Assembly: GCA_009914755.4 (NCBI GenBank)
Contig: CP086569.2
Location: 4,160,001 to 4,224,000, forward strand
From: the human T2T-CHM13v2.0 reference genome, Homo sapiens
Reading direction: 5' to 3'
DNA length: 64,000 nucleotides
Position 1 is the stretch's first letter, and each line of letters opens with the position of its first letter. The notes beneath the pieces were generated by a model. The model was not told the DNA's origin. It did no database searches and worked only from the letters and a program-made list of their open reading frames with translations. The translations under genes were made by a program, and so were the position numbers. Shown piece after piece: positions 52,127-64,000 of the stretch.

Positions 52127-55100
52127 GGGAGAGGGTCAATATGGCTGACTAGAAGCAGCTAATGTGTGCCGTCCTCATGGAGAGAAGAAACAGTAGTGAG
52201 TAAATACTATACCTTCCACTAAAACATTCAGGTGAACACAATGGGATTCATTAAGAAAACAACTTGACCCACAGAGAATGGAGAGAAACAAGACTGAACA
52301 ACTGCCAACAAAGAAGTGGCACTAAGACAAGGGAGTCCCCGCGATGGGGAAATGGCAAGTGAGTGAGAAATCTCAGGGACCCACACTTTTTTATGTATCT
52401 TTGCCACTGTTGGGTCAGGAGATTCTCTCAGGAGCCCATTCAGCCAGGGCCTTCAGACTGCTATGAAGAGCTACGTGGAGTCTGGATAGAGCCACCACTC
52501 AAGCACACACAGTGTCCTGGGAGCCTTGGATCCTGGGCTTCACAGCATTAGTAGCTGCAGTTCCAGCAAAGGGGGAGGTTAGGCTCTCTTACATACCCTG
52601 GGGAAAGGGGCTGAACCCGAAGGGCTAAGCAGCGCCAGTCTGAAGGCTTTGCTTCCACTCTACTTCAGAGAATAAAGACCACTAATTTGGGACTCCAGCC
52701 ACCTCCTACTGGAACTCTGAGGCCAGTAATAGCTCCACACTTCCCTGGGACAAAGTTCCCAGAGGGAGGGGTGGGATGTCATCTTTGTTAGCTCTCATGC
52801 TTTTCTGTCTGTTACCTTCATACTCTGGAGATTCTGAGGTAACTAGGGTCTTTCTGGGACCCCCAACACATTGAAGCTGCCTTACAAAAAAGCATCCAGA
52901 CTGTTTTTAATGCAGGCCTTTATCCCCGTTCTCCTCACTGGCCAGGACCTCCAGATCTGAGAATCCAGCCATTCCTTGCTGGAGTTCTTGGGCCATCAGC
53001 AGCTCTGAACCTCCCTGAGACAGAGACCCCAAAGGGAGGAGTGGGTTGCCATCTTTACTTATTTACATACTTTGCCACTGTTGCCTTCAGCCTCTGGAGA
53101 ATCCATGGCGACTAGAGCTCGGCACAGACCCCCAGTGCAGTGCAGCTGCCCCACAGAAAAGTGGCCTGACTGTTCCCCATGCAGGTCCCTGTCCACACTT
53201 GTCCTTACTGTGCAGGACCTCCTGACCTGGGACTCCAGCCTAACCCCTGTCCTTGCCTTCTCCAAGGAGGAAATCCCAGATTCAATCCACAGCCCCTCCA
53301 CCATTGCAGCTGCAGTAGTACTGCCTTAATTGCCTTCAAGCTGGGAAAAGAACAAAGACAATAGTCATTACACTGGCACCTCCAGTACAGTGCAGCCAGC
53401 ATACATAGAGGAGTCCAGTCTCTCTTCCCTGGAAGCCCCCATGCCCCCTCTTCACCAGGTAGGTCCCCTGGCTCAGGAATGCAGAACAGCCACCCCAACC
53501 ATTGCTGAGCATACCCACTGGTAGTGGCTCTGAGTTTCTGTGGGTAGGAGCTCCCAGAGCCAACTGACAGCCCCTCTGCCACTGCCACAGCAGTGGATCT
53601 GTCCCATCTGACCTCAGTCGGCAGAAGAAACAAAGAGCTTGAGGGCTTCACCTGGGCTTACAGCACATCTCAGCCAACATATGGAGAACAACCCTGTCTC
53701 TCTTCTCTGTAAGCCCTAGACACCCTTCTCCCTGACAATGACAGCCCCTAGCTCAGGCCAGCAGTAAAGCTACCCGGACTCACTGGCTGAATACTCCCAG
53801 TAGCAATGGCTCTGCCTTTCTCATAGGTGGAGCTCCCAGGGAAGACAGAAATCCCTTTTGCCATTGCCTCTCCAGTGAAACTGCCCATGCTGCCCTTGGA
53901 CTAAGGAAACAGCAAAGATCCTGAGTGCCTTATCCATACCTCAAGCAAGCTGTAGTTGCCCTAAGGAGAGGCCAGGCTGTCTCCCACAGATCACACACAC
54001 TCCACTGCTTATCACCAGGAAGTGACCCCAGTTTGGGCCCACAGTGCAGCCACCCCATTCTTAGCCAATCACACTGATTGACTGAAGCTTTACATCTCTC
54101 TTGGTTGGAGCCCCAGAACAAGTGGAGTAGCATTGACCACAACTGCTGCTAAGCTCCCTTTCCCTGCTGCTTCCAAGCTGGGGAGGAAAAATGAAGCCTG
54201 AGATTATTCCAGGGCTTGGGTGTGCAGCCCGAAACTGCTAAGCTGAGATCTGTAACCAGCACTCAAATGGGAGAGGAGACCACATTTTCAGAGCATTAAG
54301 AGAGAATGTAGCTGCAATCAAGAGAAAAAAAAAAAAAGAAAAAGAAAAACAGGAGTCACATAACAGAACCAGCACTTACTTACTAACCATTATGCCTAAG
54401 CAGCACCTACTGGATCACACACCAAAACTTAAACACCAAAACTACATTCTAAGCATACCTTCCTTTGAAACCAAAGACAAGAATTCAGTTTCTGATAAAG
54501 GCCATGTACAGAGCTTCAACCATCTGAAAACACCAAGAAAAGGAGTGTACTGACTACTCAATTTACACTGCAGTTAAAGAAACACCCACAAGTGCAGATG
54601 AGAAAAATACCAACACAATAACTGGCAACTCAAAATGCCAAAGTGTTTCCTTTCCTCAAAATGACTACAGTAGTTCCCCAGCAAGGGTTCTCAGCTGAGC
54701 TGAGATGGCTGAAATATCAGAAGTAGAGTTCAGAATATGGATAGAAATGAAGATCATTGAGATTCAGGAGAACATGAAAATTCAATCCAAGGAAGAAAAG
54801 GATCACAAAAAATGATGGAGGATCTTATAGATAAAACAGTTAGTATTAAAAAAGAACCAAACTAGTCTGATAGAGCTAAGAACACACTATAAGAATTTCA
54901 TAATGAAATTGCAAGTATGAACAGCAGACTAGACCAAGCTGCAGAGATAAACTCAGAGCTTGAAGACAAGCTCTCTGAAATAAGACAGAAATAAAAATGA
55001 AAAAAAATAAAATAAAAAGGAACAAACAAAACCTCTGATAAATATGGGATTACATAATGAGATAAAATCTATGACTTATTGGAGTATGTACTTGAAAGAA

Positions 55101-58100
55101 ATGAGGAGAAAGCAAGCAACTTAGAAAACATATTTCAGGATATTGTCCATAAAAACATTCACAAACTCGCTGGGGAGGCCAACATTCAAATTCAGGAAAT
55201 GCAGAGAACCCCTACAAGATACTACACAAGAAGACCATCACCAAGACATCTAATCATGAGGCATTCCAAGGACAAAATGAAAGAAAAAATATGGCATGAG
55301 GCAGTTACAAAGGGCAAGTCACCTACAAAGAGAACCCCATCAGGCTAACAGCAGATCTTTCAGCAGAAATTCTATAAGCCAGAAAAGATGAGGGGCCTGT
55401 ACTCAACATTCTTAAAGAAAAAATCTTAAACAAGGAATTTCATATTCAGCCAAATAAACTTAGTAGGTGAAGGAGAAATAAGCTCCTTATTAGATATCCA
55501 TACAATACTAGTTGGAGGCTTCAACACTCCATTGAAAGTATTAGACAGAACCAAGCAGAAAAATAACAAAGGTACTCAGGACCTGAACTCAACACTTGAC
55601 CACATGGATCTAATAGACATCTGCAGAACTCTTCATCCAAAAACAACAAATTGTACATTATTCTCATCACCACATAGCACATACACCAAACTTGACCATA
55701 TAATCAGACATAAAATAATCCTCATAAAATTTTAAAAAAATGAAATCATACCAGTCACACTCTCAGACCACAGCACAATAGAAATAGAATTCAATACAAA
55801 GAAAATTGCTCAAAACCATACAATTACATGGAAATTAATCAACCTCCTCCTGATTGACTTTTGGGTAAATAATGGAATTAAGGCAGAAATCAAGTTTTTT
55901 GAAACTAATGAGAACAAAGAGACAAGATAGTTGAATCTCTGGGAAACAGCTATGTCAGTGTTAAAGGGAAATTTATAACAAGAAACACCCACATCAGAAA
56001 GCTGGAAAGATCTCAAATTAACAACCTAACGTCACAACTGGAAGAAGTAAAGAAGCAAGAGCAAACCAACCCCAGAGCTACAAAACGACAAGAAATAACC
56101 AAAATAAGGCTGAATTGAAGGAGACTGAGGCTTAAAAATCCATGCACAATCAACAAAACCAAGAGTTGGTTTTTAGAAAATAAATTATAAGACTGACCAC
56201 TAGTTAGACTAATAAAGAAGAAAAGAGAGAAGATAAAAATAAACACAATTAGAAAGAATGAAGCCATTACCAGTGACCCCACAGAAATACCAATAACTAT
56301 CAGAGACTACCATGAACACCTCTATGCACAAAAACTAGAAAATCTAGAAGAAACAGGTAAACTCCTGGACACATACACCCTTCAAAATCTGAAACAGAAA
56401 ACACTGAATCCCTGAATAGGCCAATATAAAGCTCTGAAATTAAAATAGTAATAAATGTACTAACAACCCAAAAAGGCCTAGAACCAGATGGATTCACAGT
56501 CAAGTTATACCAGGTATACAAAGAAAATCTGGTACCATTCCTAATGAAACTATTCTTAAGAAAATGAGGAGGGACCCCTCCCTAACTCATTCTATGAGGC
56601 CAGCATCATCTCAATATCAATACCGGACAGAGACACACACAAAAATGAAAACTTAAGGCCAATATTCTTGATAAACATAGATGCAAAGATTCTCAACAAA
56701 ATATTAGCAAATCAAATCCAGCAGCATATCAAAAAGCTAATCCACCATGATCCAGTAATCTTTATCCCTGAGATGCAATGTTGGTTCAACATACAAAAAT
56801 CACTAAATTTAATTCATCACGTAAACAGTGCTAAAGAAAAATACATATGATTTTCTCAGTAGATGCAGAAATGGCTTTCAATAAAATTCAAAATCCCTTC
56901 ATGTAAAAAAACGATCAATAAACTATGCATTAAAGAAACATACTTTAAAATAATAACAGCTATCTATGACAAACCCACCGGCAACATCATACTGAATGGC
57001 AAAAGCTGAAAGCATTTTGATTTATAGCCAGCACAAGACAAGGATACCCTCTTTCACCACCACTATTCCACATAGTACAAAAGTCCTGACCAGGCAATCA
57101 GACAAGAAGAAAAACTAAAAGACATCCAAATAGGATGAGAGGAAGTCAAACTATCCCTTTTTGCAGATGACATGATTCTATGTCTTAAAGCACCCCATAG
57201 TCTCTTCACAAAAGCTCTGAGAGCTGATAAACAACTTCAGCAACATTTAAAGATACAAAATAAACATATAGAAATCAGTAGCATTCCCGTACTCCAACAA
57301 CATCCAAGCCAGGAGCCAAATCAGGCACGCAATCACATTCACAATTGCCACAAATTAGATAAAATATCTAGTGATACAGCTAACCAGGGAGGTGAAAGAT
57401 CTCTACAATAAAAATAACAAACCACTGCTCAAAGAAATCAGAGACAACACAAACAAATTTAAAAAAATATATGCTCATGGGTAGGAAGAATTAATATCTT
57501 TAAAATGGCCATACTGCCAAAACCAACTTACAGATTCGAAAGTTATTCTTATCAAACTGCCAATAACATTCTTCACAAAATTAGTAAATGCTATTTTAAA
57601 ATTCATATGAAACAAAAAAGAAGCCTGCATAGCCAAATCAATCTTTAGCAGAAAGAAGAAAGGTGAAGGCATTATGTTACCCAAATTCAAACTATACTAT
57701 AGGGTTAAAGTAACCAAAACAGCATGGTACTGGTAAAACAAAACAAAACAAAAGAAAAAAACAGAAACAGAGAACAATGGAACACAACAGACAGCTCAGC
57801 AATAATGCCACATACCTACAATGATCTCATCTTTGACAAAGGTGACAAAAACATTCAATGGGGAAAGGACTCTCTTCAATAAATAGTGCCGAGATAACTG
57901 GCTAGCCATATGCAGAAGATTGAAACTGGATCCCTTCCTTACACTATACATAAAAATCAACTCAAGATGGATTAAAGAGTTAAATGTAACAGCTAAAATT
58001 ATAAAATCAACATAAGATAACCAAGGAAATACCATTCTGGAAATAGAAACTGGCAAAGATTTCATTACAAAGACACCAAAAGCCATTACAACAAAAGCAA

Positions 58101-59181
58101 AAATGGATAAATATGATCTAATTAAACTAATGAGCTTCTGCACAGCAAAAGAAACTATGAACAGAGTAACAGACAACCTACAGAATGGGAGAAAATTTTG
58201 CAAACTCTCATCTGACAAAGGTCTAATATCCAGTATCTAGAAAGAACTTAAATTTATAAGCAAAAACAAACAAACAAACAACAACAACAAAAAACATTAA
58301 AAAGTGGGCAAAGGACATAAACAGACACTTTTCAAAAGAAGACATACATGTGGCCAAGAAGCATATGAACAAAAGCTCAGTATCGCTGATCACTGGAGAA
58401 ATAAAAATCAAAACCACAATGAGATACCATCTCACCCAGTAAGAATGGCTAATCATTAAAAAGACAAAAAATAACAGATGCTGGCAAGGTTGCAGAGAAA
58501 AGGGATCACTTTTACCCTGCTGTTGGGAGTGTGAATTAGTTTAATTATTGTGGAAAAGAGTGTGCTGATTCCTCGAAGACCTAAAAACAGAACTATCATT
58601 TTCCCCATCAAACTCATTACTGGCTATATACCCAAAGGAATATAATACATTGTTCTACCATAAAGACATACGTATGTGTGTGTTCATCGCAGCACTATCC
58701 CCAATATCAAAGACATTTAAGCAACCTAAACGCATGCACATCAACAGTAGACTGGACAGAAAAATGTGGTACCTATAGGCCGTGGAATACTATGCAGCCA
58801 TACAAAGAATGACATAATTTTCTTTTCAGTAGCTTGGGTAGAGCTGGAGACCATTATTCTTAGCAAACTAATGCAGGAATGGAAAATCAAATACCACTTG
58901 TTCTCCCTTATATGTAGGAGCTAAATAATGACAACACATAGAAACCAAGAGGCTAACAGCAGACACTGGAGCCTACTCGAGGGTGGAGGGTGGGAGGAGG
59001 GAGAGGATCAGAAAAAAAAGATCTATCAGGTACTAGTCTTAGTATCTCGGTGATAAAATAATCTGTACACCAAATCCCCATGACATGTGTTCACCTATAC
59101 AACAAACCTGCAAATGTACCCCTGAACCTAAAATAAAAGTTAAAAGAACAAATACAAATAAGCATAAATAAATAAATAAAT
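52127..59181 (+). mobile_element. Full-length L1 (~7.05 kb; older L1PA/L1PB-type with a long 5'UTR), flanked by 11-bp target-site duplications AAATATGTAGG; ORFs disrupted
   Basis: 5'UTR from GGGAGAGGGTCAATATGGCTGACTAGAAGCAGC... (~2.5 kb). ORF1 region ~54.6-55.7 kb (...GGAGGCCAACATTCAAATTCAGGAAATGCAGAGAACCCCTACAAGATACTACAC...). ORF2 ~55.7-58.45 kb (...TTCTCATCACCACATAGCACATACACCAAACTTGACCATAT..., ...CATGGTACTGG..., ...AATAGTGCCGAGATAACTGGCTAGCCATATGCAGAAGATTGAAACTGGATCCC...). The 3'UTR ends AAATAAATAAATAAATATGTAGG. The flank TTTATAAATATGTAGG|GGAG recurs after the 3' end. The longest intact ORF in the track here is 89 aa. Confidence 0.85.
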
Positions 59182-60071
59182 ATGTAGGTATGTATGTACA
59201 AATCCCATACAAGGAATTCCTCTTAAGGCGATAGCTGCTGTCTCTCCCCTTGGCAGCCAGCATACTCTCAGAGTATGCTTTCTGTTTACAATAAGCTTCT
59301 CTGCCTACTCTTACTTTGAATTTGCTCTCAAATTGTTTTGTGCGGTTAAATCAAGAACTTGAACTGGCCCACTGACAACAATAGCAGTGATGCATAGTAA
59401 ATTAGCATTTGTTTTACTTGCAATGTGAATCAGACAATAATGCTTTCCTTAGACACAATCATTGCATCATTCATCATTCACAATGGAAATAATGTTTCAT
59501 GAAGTTGTGTTTTGTTGTGGTTAAAGCTCATATTATCATTTCGTGAATCCAAATATTCTATATTTTACTTTTCTTATTTTATTACTCCTTGATTCTTCAC
59601 ATACTGCCGTCTTTAAAAATTGTTAACTAATATTTATGATTGTGTAGTCCTACGGAGCCCAAGAGATTTTCCTCATTGTATTACTTATTTATCTTTTCTT
59701 CCTTTTCCTTTGCGAAAAATGATCTGAAACTATTATTTATCTTTTATGATTAACTTACCAAATATTCTTGCTACTGAACCAGCTTTTTTGTTGTTGTTGT
59801 TTAAAAGTGGGCACGGGGATTTTTCTTAAAAATAATTTTATGACTTAATCCTCTAACAAATATTTTCATTTTAAGTGGATACCCTTTCTAATATATATAA
59901 ATTTTAAAGATCAGCATCTTTGCAAACTTCCTTTTAGTTTAACATACATTTTCCCTTACAAGTTCAATTTTGTATTTTTGTCTTTATTTTATTCCTTTGT
60001 TTTTTTATTCTATGTATTGTCGTCAGGACCAGATAACCTGCTGTCTTCCATCCTCTTAAAAAAAGCAATTA

Positions 60072-60373
60072 GTCGGCCGATCGCAGTGTCTCTTGCCTGT
60101 AATCCCAGCTCTTTGGGAGGCGAAGGCGGGCGGATCACGAGGTCAGGAGATCGAGACCATCCTGGCTAACACGGTGAAACCCCATCTCTACTTAAAAAAC
60201 ATACAAAAAATTAGACGGGCGTGGTGGCGGGCGCCTGTAGTCCCAGCTACTCCGGAAGCTGAGGCAGGAAAATGGCAAGCTCCGGGAAGCGGAGCTTGCA
60301 GTGAGCCGAGATCGCCACTCCAGCCTGGCCGACAGAGCGAGACTCCATCTTAAAAAAAAGAAAAAAAAAAAAA
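60072..60373 (+). mobile_element. Young AluY-like element with a 14-bp target-site duplication AAAAAGCAATTAGT
   Basis: GTCGGCCGATCGCAGTGTCTCTTGCCTGTAATCCCAGCTCTTTGGGAGGCGAAGGCGGGCGGATCACGAGGTCAGGAGATCGAGACCATCCTGGCTAACACGGTGAAACCCCATCTCTAC...GCCGAGATCGCCACTCCAGCCTGGCCGACAGAGCGAGACTCCATCTT(A)n. More than 15 CpGs are retained, and both target-site duplications are intact. Confidence 0.9.
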
Positions 60374-63300
60374 GCAATTAGTTCTGATTTAGTGTTTTCA
60401 TCCTTCTTTATAATTATAATCTGCATTGCTTTTCTTATTTATTATTTTCTAACTCCCATGTATAGTCACTATATATAACTATATAATTGTTGTTTCCTTA
60501 TAGATTCAGTTATGTCCAAAGCTATCACTTTTCTACATTTTTTTTTTTTGCAATTTCAGTGTGAAATCAAATGTTCCAGCTTTTCTGTGAATCCCCATAT
60601 TTCTTTTAGATAAGCTAAATCTCTGAGATTTGAGCCCACTGAAATATATTCTGATTTGATCCTTCTGTTTTAGCAGGTTATATGCTATGTTCCTTTATTC
60701 TTTTCCAATATCTTTGCTTGACATTAGTCTTAATAAAATATTTATGTACCAGGCATCTCCAAAGTTTCTTTCTTTATTTGTTAATATATTTGCTTTTGTA
60801 ATTTTGATCCAATATTTTTTCAGAGGGGATGTAAGACGGCTTACATAAATACATGCAATTCACACATCATTCATTTGCATGTTCTCACAACCTCTAGGAG
60901 AAAATATGAAAACTGCCTTTCTGCTACATACTGTACTAGTGCTGGGACATTTGAATATTGTAATGATAAGAACCAGAATTTATTATAACAATAAGAACAG
61001 AAAAGGCAGAGGGAGGAAGATAAATCAAAATGGCTTAATTTACTTTATTCTATATTATTTTAATAGGGATAGTGTATAAATTATCAACTTAAAAATATCT
61101 TTCATTTTTTAAAAAAAAATTTGCCTGGAAGTTTTCAGTAAGTTATCTTTTGGTCAAATTATCCTCTTGAGACTATTTTTGGGCACCCATCAAGCTTACT
61201 TAACCAAAAGTTTCCATGCTTATTTTAATCTTAGAGCTGTACATTGAATATTCAAACTATACTCCTGTCTGAAACCTTTATTGCATTCTTAAAATGCATG
61301 TTTATCCTTTTCTTCTTCACATACTGAAATAAAATAAGCAACAAAAATGATTGCAATAATTTGCCAAAAGTGTTTAAATAAGGAAAATATGATCTATTCA
61401 GATAGATGTCTTGTGCTTTTTTAAAATTATGAAACAACCTGAAGCTTAAAGAAAATTTGCAAGTATAGTACAAATAACTTTTTCTATAATCTATTTGAGA
61501 GTGAAATGCTGACTGATGATGCCCCATGAACCCCAGCTCTTGTTTTGTGCAGATTTCCTATCAACAAGGACAATGGATCACAGTACAACTATCAACATTG
61601 GGAAATTAACCTAAACACAATCCTAACAGCTAATCATCAGACCCCATTGAAGTTGTGTCAAATGTCCAAATAACACCCTTTCTAGTGAAATGATTCGTTT
61701 CAGAATATACACATTCACTTTATTTATCATATTTCCTTATTCTCCTTCTTTGGTTTTCATGATCTTGGCACTATGGAAAAGTACAGACAAGTTACATTGT
61801 AGTTTGTCTCTCGATTTGGGTTTATTTGATGGTTTCTTATAATTTGATTCAGGCCATGTATCTTTTGTAGCATTATCCTGGGAGAAATATTGTTTTCTTT
61901 TTACTGTGATCAATGAGGTGGCATGCCATTTTAATTAGTTTTATCACTAATGATGTTTATTTTGATCATTTAATAGAGTATTCACAAGACTTCTCCACTG
62001 TAAACTTTGTGTTTTTACCTCTTTGTAATCATAAAGTATTTTAATAATTTAATGGATGTAAATATCCCATTCTTTATCTAATGTTTGATTTATTCTTTAT
62101 TAATTTATATAGTTATGGTTTCATAATTTTGTAATTTATTTAGTGGGTTATAATATGCTACAATAATTATTTATTTTAATGCTCAAATTGTCTGATTCAG
62201 CAGTAGGAGACCCTTTAAACTGCCTCCAATATCCTTTTGATACATCCCCATCATTTCTTAAGCATGTCCTTCTTTACCAGAATCAGAATATGTATGAGGA
62301 TTTTCTTGTGCTCTCCGTGCCCCAGATCTAGAATTATCCTTGCTCCAAGAAATTCTGTTTCTTTTTAGAGGAAAATGGTGTTTTGAAACTGATATCTGGA
62401 TGCTAATTCAATCCCAAACCTCACCACCACAGGGTTCAGTCTAATATTATCTCTTTTCTTATTTCTAATTCTCTTTTTCAGCAAGGAGAAATAAGGGTCA
62501 TGTAAATATATTTACTTACCTAGTTACTCCTCCTCTGTGTAACCAATCCCCTGTGGCTACCACTGTCATCTTTCTCACTAACTAATTGCTCTATTAATAC
62601 TCCTGTCGATTTTCGGCTCTTGAAGCAAATATGAGGATAAACTCAAATATCTTGTTTTTAAATTTCCATGCTGACTCATTTTTAATAACTTCTTACACAG
62701 AAACTTTTCAAATATTCTTAATATCTGAAGAAACCACACTTTCTCTTTTCTGCTCGTTCATATTTTATCTCTCTAAGAAAATATAAGGGAGTTTATTACA
62801 CTAGCTGGAATATTCACTAGCTAGATCTCTATTATATGGAAATTATATTATTCAGAACTCACAGGATCCTTTCTTGAAGAATAACTTGGGACTTTTCCAG
62901 TCCATAGCATTTTGTATATGTTCATGTAACATATTTGTAGCAAATTTTTCCTGCTTTTGCACTGGGATATTTTCATACGTTTTTGTTGATATTATATATT
63001 CCAAGGTGTTATCTATTCCAATGGAAACATGAGGTTTCTCAATTTTTAAGATCATCTTATGTATGGAACACTCTTTGATTTAGTTTTTTCTAGACTATGG
63101 CACGTGGAGCTTACTATTTCTAAAAGTAACCATTCTCTAGGTTAAATAAGGGGTATATAATTTAGGGATTTTTCCAGAGATTATTTACCAATTACAAAGG
63201 GGAGGAAGAGATTCCATTACAGTGGGAGAAATATAATAGACACAACTGCAATGAAGTGGTAAAAGTTAATCAGTATTAAAATCAGTATTAGAACAAATTG

Positions 63301-64000
63301 ACATCCTGTGCCTCATGATGTGATGCCATGAGGAAAATATACATGACTTCTCTGAGGTTCTGGCTAAAAACACACAAGCTCACTCTAATCATGAGAAAAC
63401 AATCAGACAAATCAAAAGTGAGAGCAATTTACAAAACAGCTCTGAATTTTTTAAAAATGTTAATGCCATGAGAAAGAAAATGTTTGGAGAAGTCTTCTAA
63501 ATTAACAGAGACAAAAGAAAGCATGACAACTAAATGCAATGCTCAATCCTGAATTGACTCATGAATTAAAAAAATCATATTTTAAATATATTATTGGGAA
63601 AAATCAGTGAAATTTTTATAAACTGTCGAGTTGCCAATACCTTATACTATGTTTAAATTTTCTTTATTTGAAATTGTATAATAGTTATGTAAAACAATAT
63701 CCTTGCTCTTAGAAGACAGATGCTAGCAGTATTAGGGATAAAGTGTCATGAAAGTTGCAAATTACTCTCAATGGCTTGAGAAAAAATAATTATATAAGTT
63801 ATATATACTTTCATATATAATATATTAATTATATATACTTACATATATTTATATATTTAAGCCCACACAGAGTCACAAATACATGCATGCACAAATATAC
63901 AAAGGAGAAAGAAAGAAATCAAGCAAAATGGTGAAACTGGGTGAAAGATGTACACTTTCTACATTTTTTCTGTGGCTTAAAAATGTATTAAATAAAATTT

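Noticed and set aside
53205-53651. 148-aa ORF on the minus strand
   Set aside because: It lies in the antisense strand of the long 5'UTR of the full-length L1 (52127-59181). It is non-coding repeat sequence.
57796-58218. 140-aa ORF on the minus strand
   Set aside because: It is the antisense strand of L1 ORF2 within the full-length L1. The sense ORF2 is itself broken into pieces of 90 aa or less.

Overview
The window is primate, almost certainly human, nuclear genomic DNA. It is AT-rich and dense in transposable elements, and it contains no credible protein-coding gene, tRNA or rRNA. None of the ORFs in the supplied track exceeds 154 aa. The longest ORFs, and every one checked, lie inside repeats: Alu in antisense, L1 UTR or ORF antisense, the GC-rich U3 of an LTR, or ERVL-MaLR internal sequence. 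The window is not prokaryotic, so no operon, defence system or CRISPR array is present.

What I can support by eye:
- 13 Alu elements: 12 full-length plus one internal fragment.
- One solo LTR12 (HERV9 LTR) with a CCAAT-containing tandem-repeat array.
- Two solo LTR7 (HERV-H LTRs) on the minus strand, about 17 kb apart.
- A nearly complete ERVL-MaLR (THE1/MST-type) element with 5'LTR, internal region and 3'LTR. It is nested inside an old antisense L1, and itself carries an Alu and one of the LTR7 copies.
- A second MaLR locus interrupted by an L1 that shows a twin-priming-type inversion.
- One full-length (~7.05 kb) L1 with 11-bp target-site duplications, a ~2.5 kb 5'UTR and decayed ORFs.
- Several further L1 fragments in both orientations.
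- Five full-length copies plus two terminal fragments of an unclassified ~450 bp LTR-like repeat family.
- Simple repeats, including (AC)n, (GAGT)n and a pure A50 tract.

I found no novel biological system. The observations most worth checking are the two LTR7 and the LTR12 as candidate cryptic promoters, the A50 tract as a mark of recent retroposition, the recurrent unclassified LTR family, and several structurally unusual L1/MaLR junctions. All repeat family names come from memory of consensus sequences and from internal cross-comparison of copies within the window. They should be confirmed with RepeatMasker/Dfam.
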